Assembly (NCBI RefSeq): GCF_000150275.1 | Contig: NW_002060951.1 | Span: forward strand, 700,328-764,327 | Length of the DNA stretch: 64,000 bases | Direction: 5' to 3' | Origin: Trichoplax adhaerens | Taxonomy: Eukaryota; Animalia; Placozoa | In this document: positions 40,581 through 53,309 of the stretch, piece by piece | Layout: each line of letters opens with the position of its first letter | How positions within the stretch are numbered: the stretch's first letter is position 1 | Made by a program: the position numbers and the translations under genes | The notes under the pieces: generated by a model | Told to the model about the DNA's origin: nothing | Databases searched by the model: none | What the model saw: only the letters and a program-made list of their open reading frames with translations

Positions 40581-42784
40581 TTAATGATTTCGATTTGACT
40601 TTAATCGGCCACTTTTGGCATCTCCAAGTGCTGCCCACATATCAAAGATAATATGATCTGGGAAATCGAACATCTTTAAATAGATATCTTCATCTAAGGC
40701 TGTAGCAAATTCAGATGGATTGGTTTTATCTTTCCCAAGCATTACAATAGTATCAGCTAATAAAATGAAGAAGATACTTGAATTCAATGCCTGACATCAA
40801 ATTTAATAATTTCAGAAAAAGCGAAAGCTACTTTGTTAGCAACACCTGCTACAACGTCCCTGACAATTTAAATCTTAACAGGTAATTAACTAGCTAGTAC
40901 GCTTTCCTTTACTACTAACCTAGTTGTTGATCCCGAATACCCATAAATTCTTCCAAGATATCGTCAATTTTTATAATTGCTACAGTTTCCCATGAGTTTT
41001 CCTAATCATACAAGACGTTAATGATATAATGAAAAAGCGCGATTAATTACTACAAAACTGTTAGGGTAGAATTAAAATCCTAAACTGGCAAACAATACCA
41101 TTAGTTAATATTTACATTTACTAAAGAAACATTAAGTAAGTAAGTTGCTATGATCAAGTTCATGATACATTTTGTGTTTCAATATTAATTAGTTTGTAGC
41201 TTTTATGATTGAAACTTATTATTTGCTAACTTGATATAAAGTAACTCTGTTAACGGTTTGGAAAGTGGATTACTTAACTTACTTCTATTACATGTTCTAC
41301 TACAGGAGGACCTTGCGCTTTTAATCTTAGCGTAGCCTTACCACTAGTGACATTCTTAGCACTTTGACCAGCCCCTGAACTACCGCGAGGAGCAACAGCA
41401 CCTACAAAATTGGTAACAACAGGGTAATTTTACTCTTATTCAAGCTACATCAGTAATAACTGCAAATGATACGAAAAAGGTAAACGTATATGTAGCAACG
41501 GCGCTTACCTAAACCACGCTTTGGTTCTATTAGTTCTAATGTAAATTCCAGACCAATATGTAAATCCTTTAAACACCTTGCGACATCATAATGCCTTTTT
41601 CCGATCATACTTTCGCCATTAATGCGTTGAATATGATCACCAGGTGAAATACTGCCAGCAGCATGAGCTAGGCTTCCCTCTTTAATTTTCTTAATGAATG
41701 CCATGCCATCACCATTGTCGGTTATAGTTAATCCAATAGCAGGGGACGCTTTCAGAAAAGAGATACGCTTGTAATTACCTTTTACATGAACATAAATCGT
41801 ATCTTCCAAGCCAATTTGTCCTCCTAATAGGGATTCCATGTCAACTTTAGCAGTATTGAGCGTACAATATAGAATCTAGTGATAAGATTAAGTCATATTT
41901 ATCTAAATATTCATATAGAAGACAATATTTTAGAGTATTAGCGTAAAATCGTGGAGAACACTGAGTTCGACGGCCAATGTGCGATTACATGATATATTTC
42001 ATAATTAAAATACCTATGATGTTACAAAGATTATGTATGTCTTTATCTAGAGGATAAGCTCTCACAAGACGAAGAAAATAACTAAAGCATCATTGTACGT
42101 AAAGTAAGTTTCAAGCCAAATAATGCTTACTTCACTTCCTAAAGTAAGATCATACAGTTATTTTACAGGAATATAGGACTAAGCAAGTAATGGCAGTTTT
42201 CTTTTCATAGCGGTAAAGCCTTTACAACAAGTACGATGAGAGATTGTCTCAGATTTAAACCACTTTATTTCCTGCATCGTCTCTACCTTAATGGTTATTC
42301 TTAACTCTATTTCTAAGAATATCTGCCGTACTGCACAAAAGGCTCAGAACATTTTATATCGCATTTCTTTCATAGTGGAAGTCTAGCAAATATCAAAATT
42401 TTTCATGCCCTGAGAGTAAAACACAGCTTAAAAATAAATAAAATATCTTACATCTTTGCGGTCAATTCCATGAGAAGCAGCAATTTTGTTGTACAACTCC
42501 CGAACGCTTGTAAATCCTTCTACCTTGCCAATACCACTACCATGAGCTAATTGCGTACTAAAAACTAACTTTGGCCTCTTACCAACAGCTAATCTAGCAG
42601 CCAGGTCTCGCTCTCGTCGATCATGGCAATCTTGACTGTCTCTAGTCAGTGGTCCATGACTATGGCCACTAGAAGTAGCACTCCTGTTAGAACCATAATC
42701 ATCAGAAGATGGCCGTTGAGACTCTTGGGTCGCAGATTTGGGAATATTGAGATCTGCAGATTGACTTTTACGAAAGAATGGCAT
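40581..42784 (-). CDS. GIPC: GIPC PDZ-domain adaptor (GH1-PDZ-GH2), 5 coding exons, ~358 aa
   Basis: Exons 42784-42452, 41875-41509, 41401-41283, 41001-40920, 40756-40581 (1077 nt). Motifs [87 protein letters not shown]. Confidence 0.95.
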
Positions 42785-44554
42785 TTTCGGGATACGGCGG
42801 ATTATTTTATGCCTATAAATTATATGTGTACCTATTAGTAAAACAAGAATATAACATTTTAATACTACACGTTATTGATTTCCGAAAATGAGCCCGTTGC
42901 TCATCTTTTCGAGTAGGTAAAGGAGTAAGATAGCATATATTTTCATCTCGATTCACAATTCGTTATAAATTCGGCAACATAGTGATAGATAGCTAATCAA
43001 TTGACCAATGAAATAAAAACAGGCATTAAACCCTGACTAAACCGAAGTAGAACTGTAATATAAGTACTTCTGTAAAAAATTAAACTAAATCTTTTCTCAT
43101 CACTTCCATTGAGTATCTAACGTTATTAAAAAGGATACACCTTTTAATTTCCTTGTAAGAATGATGAGTAAGGCTAAATCTACTTTTTTCCTTCCCTTTC
43201 CCTACTAGAGCATCATTTATATCCTAATGATTCCAAGTGGTATTTTAAGGATAAAAAATAAAGATCGACAGCTCTTTTATTAACTATATAGTAGTCACAA
43301 CTCTCACTTGTGGCAAGATTTGCAAAGAATTCCAGTGTAGGTACACTAACTTGGGCCACTTTCCCAATATTTCCAGTCTCTATGCTAACGATATATGAGA
43401 ACTCAATTTTTTGGCTTTAGCCCACAGATAACTGATTAATTGCTTTTCTTCACGTCACGATTCCAGCATGCTTCTCAAGCAATTATTACTTTTAATTTAA
43501 AACTGCACACGCTTAAAAAAGATTTCTACAGTGAATTCTAGTATTGGCTAGCGTGAATACATACAGTATTTCACAAGTTACATAATTCAAGAATAATTTA
43601 TTTAATTTCTAAATGGGTACAAGTAAGTAGATATTCTGGAACTTAGGGTGTTGAAACATTCATCCTCCGCCTATAGACAGTTCGGTCGTTAGATTCTAAC
43701 AAGCATTTCAATCTATGGTAAATTAAGCTAACAAGGAGTTAGCATGTTCTTATTCTGGATGTAAATCAGCATCTACACCTTTAATGGTAGAATATTATGA
43801 TGTAACGATGATGAGTAAAAGATAATGATGTGAAAATGATGAAGTATGGACTCTTTTTTTCTAATTTTATGTAGCATGGCTAGCAAGACATTAAAGAACT
43901 TTGAATCTGAAAATTATTTTGTTTGAATCAAGAATGAAGATTTCCATAACACTTTGGCATTTCAAGGCAATTTAAGAACACGTATACAGGTATTCATAGA
44001 TTTGGATGAGAACAAGCCTGCACAAACGCTTATGAAAAAGTGTAATTGCCAGCCATCTTATAAGAATGATGAATAAAGATCTATTACTTCTTTCTAATCT
44101 AAATAGTATAGCTAACTGAGCATTAGAATATTATGCTTGTAAACGCAATCCTATAAGAGCGATAAAGAAAGCCATGCAACGCGTGCTACACCTAGAAGCT
44201 AATGCAGTATAACATAGATATGGATTAGAATCTGTCTGAATAATACTATTATACGATTATAATTCTAAGGAAAGGACGAATTTACAACTGTATCTTGTCT
44301 TCCCATTTAACAAAATGATAGGCTAACAAGACATTCAATCTTTCAAAATATCATATAAAAACGACTGCTAAAGATCTACAACTCTTCCTTGACGCGTTGT
44401 AGCAGATAACCTAATGCTTTTGAATTTAAGGAATATCAGAATTAGCCTATATTCCGTTTATAAATGCAAGGTAGTACTACAGCTTTAGCAAACTTAATTC
44501 AATCTAATCGTATATAAAAGAGTTAGCTAAATGCTTTCGTGCTGAAAGTATTAT

Positions 44555-44582
44555 CCAGTTTAGACGCCCCAGTTTAGAGGCC
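44555..44582. repeat. 14-bp tandem duplication
   Basis: ccagtttagacgcc / ccagtttagaggcc. Confidence 0.7.
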
Positions 44583-45899
44583 CCAATTACCCTTGTGGAG
44601 AAAAAAGTCCGAAAAATTGTTAGGCTACTATATCTATGCTATAGTACAATCTAAATAACTTGTAAATCACCTTTGCAAAAGCGATTCACATCATACTTGG
44701 ATCTAGAATTCTACTTAAATACGACATATACGCGTATATTTGTGCCTAATTAATTAATACACCGTACTACCATTATATTTAGATATAGAGTTGTAGCCTA
44801 ACATGGTATTATATAGATTAATGACATGTATTTAGAAACAGCATATAGGAGATTTGTATTCTGTATACAGCTAGGAGCTGGGTGCAATAAGTTAGATAGT
44901 ACTTTGATGCTTTAATAGTTTAATAAAGTTGTGTCAATACATGACAGATAGTTTAGATTTTAGTTTCTACGAGCAAGAGTTTAAGATATTCAATCATATA
45001 GCAGCAAAAAAACTGATGCCCGATACGTAAATTATGAATAATAGTTTTAACAGATTTTAGACAGGATGTGTTTGTTGTTCTAGGTGTGAAATGAAAACCT
45101 TGAACAGAAGATGTGATTGAAATGAATGTTCTTTATTTATAGCGTAGGATTAATAAAAGCGCACTGAATCAGCAAAGAGTAGGCGAAGGATTACTGTCCG
45201 GATTCTTTTTAGTTTGAATGACTTTATTCAATTTTAGTGAACTTGGATAAAGTCTTGACCCTTTTAAAAAGAGTAAATCATTCATAGAAGAGCATTCTAT
45301 TTCAATTTTTATATCCAGGAAGTTCTTGTTGGATTTTTAATCCTCAATGAAAATGCTCTGCAATTTCCATTGAATAATAAATATAGGAAATTTATCACTG
45401 AAATAATTCAATATTGAGGATACTCTTTAAAAGATCGCAGTGCTGTATATGCTTTGGAAGAAAGTAACTTTGATATTGACCTTAAGGTGTATGATTGAAA
45501 TGAAACCTGATTTAAATTTCCTTAGCTGAATGAAGAGAATTAGTAGAATAAATTCTGATCTCATAGATAAGGATGAAATTTTTTCCACTTCTAAACGGAA
45601 ATCTAATATTATCTTTATTTGACAAACTTCCCATCGAGAAAATTGAGGACTAAAGAGTGTTTATAGATGATATACCGATCTTTTCGGTAAGGACCACATT
45701 TTCAGAATGAAATACTTACTGAATACAGCTAAATTAATACTATGTCTTTTCAAATTTTTATTGATCTCTAAAGTGAAATAATACGTAGTCTTTATTTGGT
45801 GATAGAAAAAATTCTCATTAGACTTCTCTTTCGGTTACACCCGCTTTTATCCTATCTATAGATGGCATCTTCTAAATTTCCCATTTATAGCTAATAGGA

Positions 45900-48800
45900 A
45901 ATCGAAGGAAGATTTTATTTATTGCAATGAGATCTATCTAGAGAAATCTATTTATCAAGTCTTAATCGATAACGGAGGAGTTTCGCATAAAATACAACAG
46001 CCTTAATCCCATTGCAACAGATATCGTTTAAAATTTTCTATCTATAAGCAAAGTATGGAGAATACTTGCTGGATGAATAAAGGGAATTTATGGGTAATTT
46101 AGTAATATCAGTGCTAGGAGTGTGCTTAAAATATGCTGGAACTTTTAATTCTGTCTCAATCATCTTTATTTAATTTAATCAGCTGTATCTAAAGAGGAAT
46201 CCTATGCAATTTATACTTTCAATAAATGGCGAAATTTTTTGCTAAATACTATTTCTTACTCAGTAGTAGATATTATCCTAGTCGGTAAGCCCTTTTAATT
46301 AATTACTTATAAATCTGTTATTGATTCGTTTAGATCCAATCATGTTATGCTCAATGCATTGTAATACCTGATTTTAGATAAGACATGCTAGAAAATAAAG
46401 TCTAGAATCCTAGCCTTTGATAGTAATCGGATAAATTGATTAGCAAAATCGTGTAGGACAGTCAACAAAACTGTTCGAAAATCGAAATTCGATTTTTTAC
46501 TCAAAGTACAACTATGGAATAGGAAGATCGATAATAAATAATCTATTCTTCACGTATAAAAATGTTGATATTACCTATCATTCAGGCGAATCGAGTAAGG
46601 TATCAATATTGATAATATCTCCCGATTTAACTAGAGTTATTTCCATACTGCAATACACATTCACATCGATATTATGCCTTTGTAAGAAGATGAAAAAGGA
46701 TTCCAAAGGTAAAGTAATGAAAATTGCTTTTCAAAAGATGGATAAGCCATTACCAGTAAAACATAGATAGATGTAAGCATAAGTCAGTTTGCTAGAATCT
46801 ATAATATTACATTGTCAAATATAGACAGATTAATTATTGAATTATAATCTAGTGTAAATACAACCAAATCTAGATAGAAACTGGAAAAATCTTTTTTGAT
46901 TTATGATCAAAGATACCGAATAAATGTAGAGCGTATTTGAAATATTAATACGATAAAATGGTCGCCCAGTGAAAAAGAAAGCTTTGTAGAGTAAACTACA
47001 GCTTAGATATCATCAGATCACGTTTCCCATTTTTCAACATGCCTTCACTTATTAAAGACTAAATCGGTGAAACCCTCTCTTTTTTCATTCATTGCAAAAG
47101 ATTGAGATAGAAGTTAAAGGAAAATTGATGTGTTGACTAAAGCATAGCTATTCCATGTCAGGAAAAATAAGATAAGATAGTTTAGAGCATCATCAAGCTC
47201 ATTTCCAGATCTCCAAAGCATTATTTTTATATCGATTAGGTCAAATCGATATTCCTTTGGCTCTTTGCCAACGATTTACGACTAAATTGGAACGAAAATA
47301 CAAAGTATACTAATGAAACGGATACAGCAGGAAAAGAGACTAATATAAATTGAGATGTAGCCATCACCCTAACCCTATCCTTTTTCCCCAACTTTGTCAA
47401 GATCAGCATTTTACGCTAAGTTATAAGGAAAATAATCTTAATTTTCATTCATAGGCAAAATTACGAATAAAAATTGAACGATAAATGAAGCAATAGCTGG
47501 AGAAAAAAAGGGTATACCAAGTAAGAGGAATCAGTGTAGATTAAAATACTATGACCGACGTCTGGCCCTGTTTTCTAATATTTACTAAATCTCCCGTAGG
47601 CTCAAAATTGCACGAAAGTAAATCAATTTTTTCATTCTTAGCCAAAATACTGAAGATAGTAAAAATGGAACAAGCTTTCGAAAAACTAGAGAAAATGGTT
47701 ATACTAAGCCAGGTAGGCTGATATAGACTGAAAAATGGCAATTTTCCTTTCCCTTTTATTACCTAATATAAATCACAATCATCTGTTTTAGTCAAAATTT
47801 GGTTATCTTAAAAACGATCCCAGTAATCAGTCATCGCTAAATATTGACGATGGAAATGGGATAAAAACGAATGTTAATTTAGTAAAAATAATCCTGCTGG
47901 GCAATGGAGAATGCTGTAGATTAAGAAATCATCAAGTCCATCTTTATTATACAACTACATCCTCTGTTGTCCCAGCTAAGCTGCGTTAAAAAATTGTCAT
48001 CGTCCCTGATTAATGCCTTCCATTTAAGAAAGTAAGGCAAATTTAAGATAACTCTGGGAACATAACGGCTTTAAAGTAAGAGAGAATATCATAAATTAGC
48101 CTAAGACAACTATTTAGCCACGTTTTCTACTATTTAATTAAGCTGTCTAATCGCAACTCGATACTGGATCCTTTCTTCATGATTTAGAATATCAACGACT
48201 CTTTCAACTACTACATGGTATCTCATACTCCAGTTATAGGTAATTAAAGAAAGAGAAAAACAATTAATCTATTTTATTAAATACATTATTATCCATGGCT
48301 TTTAAATGTGTACAGCTTAGCTAAAAGTAATCTTTGAACGTTGAAAGTAGAAAAGTTAAAGTGAAATTTCAATCTCACCAGACGATGTTGCGTATGTAGA
48401 CATGCTTTGTATATCGATTTGTCTAACTTATCGCTTAGAATTTTACTCGTTCTATTTCAATATAGTGATGAAATACTCGTTTTAAATTAAAAATATTGGA
48501 GATAAAAGTCAACATTATTTGAAAATAATCTTCTCCTTACCGTTTCGGGCTGACAATTTTTTAACAAGATGGAAAAGATAGCAACAGTCTAAATAGAACA
48601 GTAAATTATTGTTGTTATTATTATCATCATTTTACCTTAAGAAACAATGTTTTCTTGAAAGATGAATAAAATGGATTGCCCAACCACTCTACCATATAAA
48701 AACTATTTTGACATGAAAGCTATACCAAGTCAAGTCACCGATAGGAATTTTTCGTCAAAGGCTTAATCTAGCAAATAAGTGCTAAAGTATATTTTAGCTC

Positions 48801-48930
48801 AAATTAAATTGGATAGAAGGCAGAATAGTCATTCAATTTTCACGTTGACGACTAATGTATGTATACATACAAGGCGACTGTCGATTGGATGGAATAATAG
48901 TCAAGGGTATTCAATGCTTAATCGGTAAAC
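45900..48930 (+). pseudogene. Decayed TPR-repeat + CHAT (caspase-like) domain gene, TTC28-like architecture
   Basis: TPR-like pieces LGVCLKYAG (46114), GIGRSIINNL (46516), DSLEHHQAHFQISKAL (47176). Then CHAT motifs in canonical order and roughly canonical spacing: LLYNYIL..P (47944), KIVIVPD*CLPF (47990), PVIGN (48230), DNFLT (48552), KLLLLLLSS (48603), QVTD (48731), LAQIKL (48794), GIQCLIG (48906). Many stops and frameshifts. Confidence 0.55.
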
Positions 48931-51900
48931 ATATTGCCAGCATGGTCTACAATAGAATAAATTGCATTATCTTCTCTTAGATCTTGAATTGGCTAGAACC
49001 TCATCAAGGCAATACTTTTGTCTTTGATTGATGTCATCTTAGTCTTGAGCGGAAAAGCTATTATTGACTTGGTATTTGAATATCAATAGATCGATTTTAT
49101 GCGTGACTATTATTACACCATCTAGGCTGTACTTGCATTTTAGAGCCGTTACTAGTAAAAACGCGATTGTTTAATTAGCATTTATATGATCTATCCATAT
49201 AAAATATCATCAATAATTCTACGAGGCGATCATTTAAATTCTTATCTAATTCAATCGTATCATATCTTTGACCTATTTTTAACGAAAGAAAAGATGAATA
49301 GTCATAATTTCTGCGATAAATAAAAAATTTTGATGGCATGATCTATTGGTATCGTGAAAAATAAAAAGTATGAGAATATATCAAAATTTTCCTACGACTA
49401 CTATTGTCAACATAATCTATAGAAATTTTATCCACTTTGGTCTGTAGACCCAGTTGACACAATAATATCATAGAAATATAGTAGGTGTGTTATAATGTAC
49501 CAGCATCAAAAATAAATGATAATCAATAGAATTATAGTTAATTAAGTAGTAAATAGAACAGAAGATAGGACTTCTATTTTCAACGGTTAATACTATATCA
49601 TTGTATGATATACTATAATGTAAAATATAATGGTATCTATGCATACGCGTTAATAAAAGATTAGGAATATGTACGTGGTATTTGGGATCGTTAATATTGA
49701 ATAAAGAATCGGTGTCTATAGTGGCTTATAAATGCGGTACTGTAATACGGAAATAACATATGGAAAAACGATTATCATAGACCGTTATCAAGAGGTGTAT
49801 AGAATCTATAACAATGTCTTGCAGCAGTTTGTACGTATATTAAATTCCTGTCTACGGCAATTCTGCCACGGCATATTACTGAATGCTGAGAAAAGTACGA
49901 GTACATTGGCAGCATGTAAATATTGCAAATATATTTATAATTATTAAGCCAGTCTATGGAGCTGTTATTTATTATAGTCTAGATGCTACTGCAATACAGT
50001 ACATAGATTAGTAATTATAAAAAAATTACCATTAGCAAGAATAGGTTACATCTATAGCATTATAGGTGTGTTTACGACAGATAATTTTATCTGCAATGGC
50101 CAACACAGTGTTATGGCATGTTATACCACAGAAAGTAAGAGTGTATGTACATATCATATCTTAAGACTAATATATATTAATGATTAATGAAGCCTATATA
50201 GCTATTATCTAATATGTGGTTTGCATACGGTAGTACAGCAATATTATATAAGGATTAATAACTATAAAATATCATCAGTAGCAGTAGATCGTCATCCACA
50301 GTATTTTGGCTGCTTATATCGTATTTGTATTTTTAATCACGGTCAGTACGGGGTTATGGTATAATTTAGCATAGAAAGGAAAATAAACTGGATACATACC
50401 TATGAACTTGAAATCTTTTATGATTCTTATTATAGTCCCTGAACCTATTGTCTAAGTCTATATAATTTGATATTTGGTACAAAATGACACAGAAGTAGGC
50501 GAGTTTTAATACTGTAATATTGAAATATCAAGAATAGTATATTATTTGCAGTATTATAAACTTTGTAGAATAGACATTAGTACTATCTTAACGACCGACT
50601 GTAATGATATATTATTGTTTAGATTGTAATATTATTGTCAAAATTATAGCGATAGTAATAACAAGTACAGTATGGTCATATTGTTAGTGCAGAGGATGTT
50701 CCAGTTCTAGCTCCGTTAGCAACAGCAGTAATCATAGAATTAGGTTCTTATACTGAATCTATAAGTTAATAGATGTTGTTCAGTAATTTCTGTTTATGGT
50801 TTTCGGGTTGTAAACAAGCTAAGAATATAAGCAGCTAAAGTAACGCAATAGAGTTTGTCCTTTTTCGTACTTGAGATTATAGTCTGCAGTTGAAAATATT
50901 TGTTAACGAGAACCTCTTAATAGACTGTTTTGCTCCGAATCTTTTGGGATAAGAATTATTAGAGAATTAGGAAGAACAGATTTATTACACCAATACCTTG
51001 CATTATCGTATGATATAGAGCGGAAAGTAAAGGTGTGCTATACATATCGGTAGCTTAGAAATTTTTTTATGATTATTAGTACAATCTATATAATGATATT
51101 CTATAATGGAATATATGATCTATTACAATATTAAATAGAATTGTGGTTTCATAACGTACCTTAGCAAAGAAATAAACTGTATGTTTCGTCAATATAGAAG
51201 GTACAACTCTTAAATACAGTAGTCAACACTGGATCAAGGTCTAATATGCCACAGCAGGTAAGGATATTCGTATATATGTTATACATACATATATGTATGC
51301 AGATTAAAAACGAATTTTAAAATTTAATACAGCCTGTAGGTGTATCATCCATTTGACAAATACTATCATTTATAGTAGTACAGCAGATTAGCGTACATCC
51401 TTAAATAGTAGTTTATAATTCTATCTTATCTTTATTTACGCCATGGGTAGAGCTCTGAACTTCAGTAGTCAACGCAGTAATTAATAGCTTTAATTAATTA
51501 CAGTAAGTGTATACGCATTTATACTGTGATCGAAAATACATGTTTCGGCTACTCCTCAGAACAGAATCAAACTTAAGAACTCAACAAATACAGATTCTTC
51601 TAGTTAGAGTGATGGCTGAAAAGGCATTTTATCCTTACAAAGTACTAATGCATTGATGTGACTAGTTCTATTTTACACTATAGGCAAACATATAACATGT
51701 GGGTGTAAATGAATTGTTTTTCTGCTGTGATGATTCTTAACATAACCGTTTGAGCTTTTTATAAGACAAGTATGAAGTATTAAATCAAAATTAATTGACA
51801 TTATTCATATTTCAAATGCGGATACAGTAGTTAACTAAATTACTTCTAAAGCTTATAAAGTACGATAGAGCAGCGTATGTCGGTGCTATAGAACCTTTCT

Positions 51901-53309
51901 ATACTGCTATCACTTCGCTTCAATATGATCGTACGGTAACATCGGCTATAAAGAATCTAATCTAGACTCATGATTATACCTTTGTATAGTAAGTAAAAGA
52001 TATGACAGAAATCTTGCACGAGAGGACACCATCACTTAGTCGTATGATGGATTAGGCATGTCTTACTTAAAACTAACTAAGAGGAGTAAGGCATCAAATA
52101 TCACATTAAATTGTTCTTACTCTCTTGTTTATAACACTATATTATTATAATTAAACATTAAAAGTGCACAATATACTGTACATATACCATCTCGTAGTAA
52201 TAGAACTACTGTCACCTATTTCAGTATATAAAGACAGAATATTTTAATTAAGAATCAAATAGGGTGGTAACCGTTTTAAAGATGCCAAGAGGATAATAAT
52301 AGCAATATTAATAGTTCTATTATTGTTCAACACTATAGCCTCAAAATATTATTGGCTATCTTATTTTAGAATTGTTCCATGATAATCCAGAAAGAATCTT
52401 AAAATAACTCAAGCTACAGTGGTGCTCATATCATTTAATTTTACTGTAATGATGTCAACTGCTATATTTATGACGATTATACGGAAGGTGTAAAAAAATC
52501 TGAAAGAAAGGCTTTTGTTTACGTATATACAGTATTTGACACTGTGGCACCTTGAAATTATACTTTTGAAGCAGCTTTTAGACAACTAGTACTAAAAATG
52601 AAATCGAATTACTACGAGATAAATCGATCTCCGTCCAAAATTATTACGTTGGAATGCTATCTTTATATTCAAATGCGTTGAATTTAGGTACACAAGTAGC
52701 TGCCGGGTATGGCATCTTTTATAAAAATTCCGTTCTAGCTAAACTAGCTCTTAAAAGTGCAGTAATTTCGATATCACATCGATAATTCCACTATTAATTA
52801 GCCTAAATTAACCTCACCAGTGGCGTCCTAAATAGTAGATACTCTTTATTTGTCATAACTCAATTAACTGACGTCTTGATCAATTTAAGTTGTTATTTCC
52901 TGAATTCAGTTAACTACAGAGCTATCCAAAACTATCTTATTATCTAAAATCACTTCTTCAGCCTAGTGAACTCTATCAAAGTATTAAAATGCATAATATA
53001 GAAGACTTCAATTGTATTGAATCCATCATCATAAAGGCGATCTAAATCCTTCCTATTTTTATCTCTGAGCGCTATGTTACTCAGTTTTAAAGGCATGATC
53101 ATCTTGTTTCACTTCCTAGAATAGTGGTGAATTATGCAAATAAAAATTGAGATCACTGAATTCAGGGTAATGCCAAATTAATGATGTAATACTAGAAATA
53201 TTTACATGATGATGTAAAGACTCTTAAGTTGAGTAATATCTATTGGAAATATGCAACAGTACACAATTGAAACCCGTTTAATAGTTCTGTTTTACGTGAC
53301 TGTAACATT

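Noticed and set aside
45390-45495. UBA-like phrase GYSLKDRSAVYALEESNFDIDL
   Set aside because: One short match interrupted by stops; insufficient support.
47366-47380. ccctaaccctat telomere-like motif
   Set aside because: Only about two units; expected by chance.
47050-47900. Minus-strand reading resembling a GPCR pseudogene (WDRF, TWLS, FILVSFP, INFPL)
   Set aside because: Hydrophobicity comes from the T-rich complement of an A-rich strand; no TM1/TM2 found; the + strand TPR-CHAT reading has more, correctly ordered motifs.
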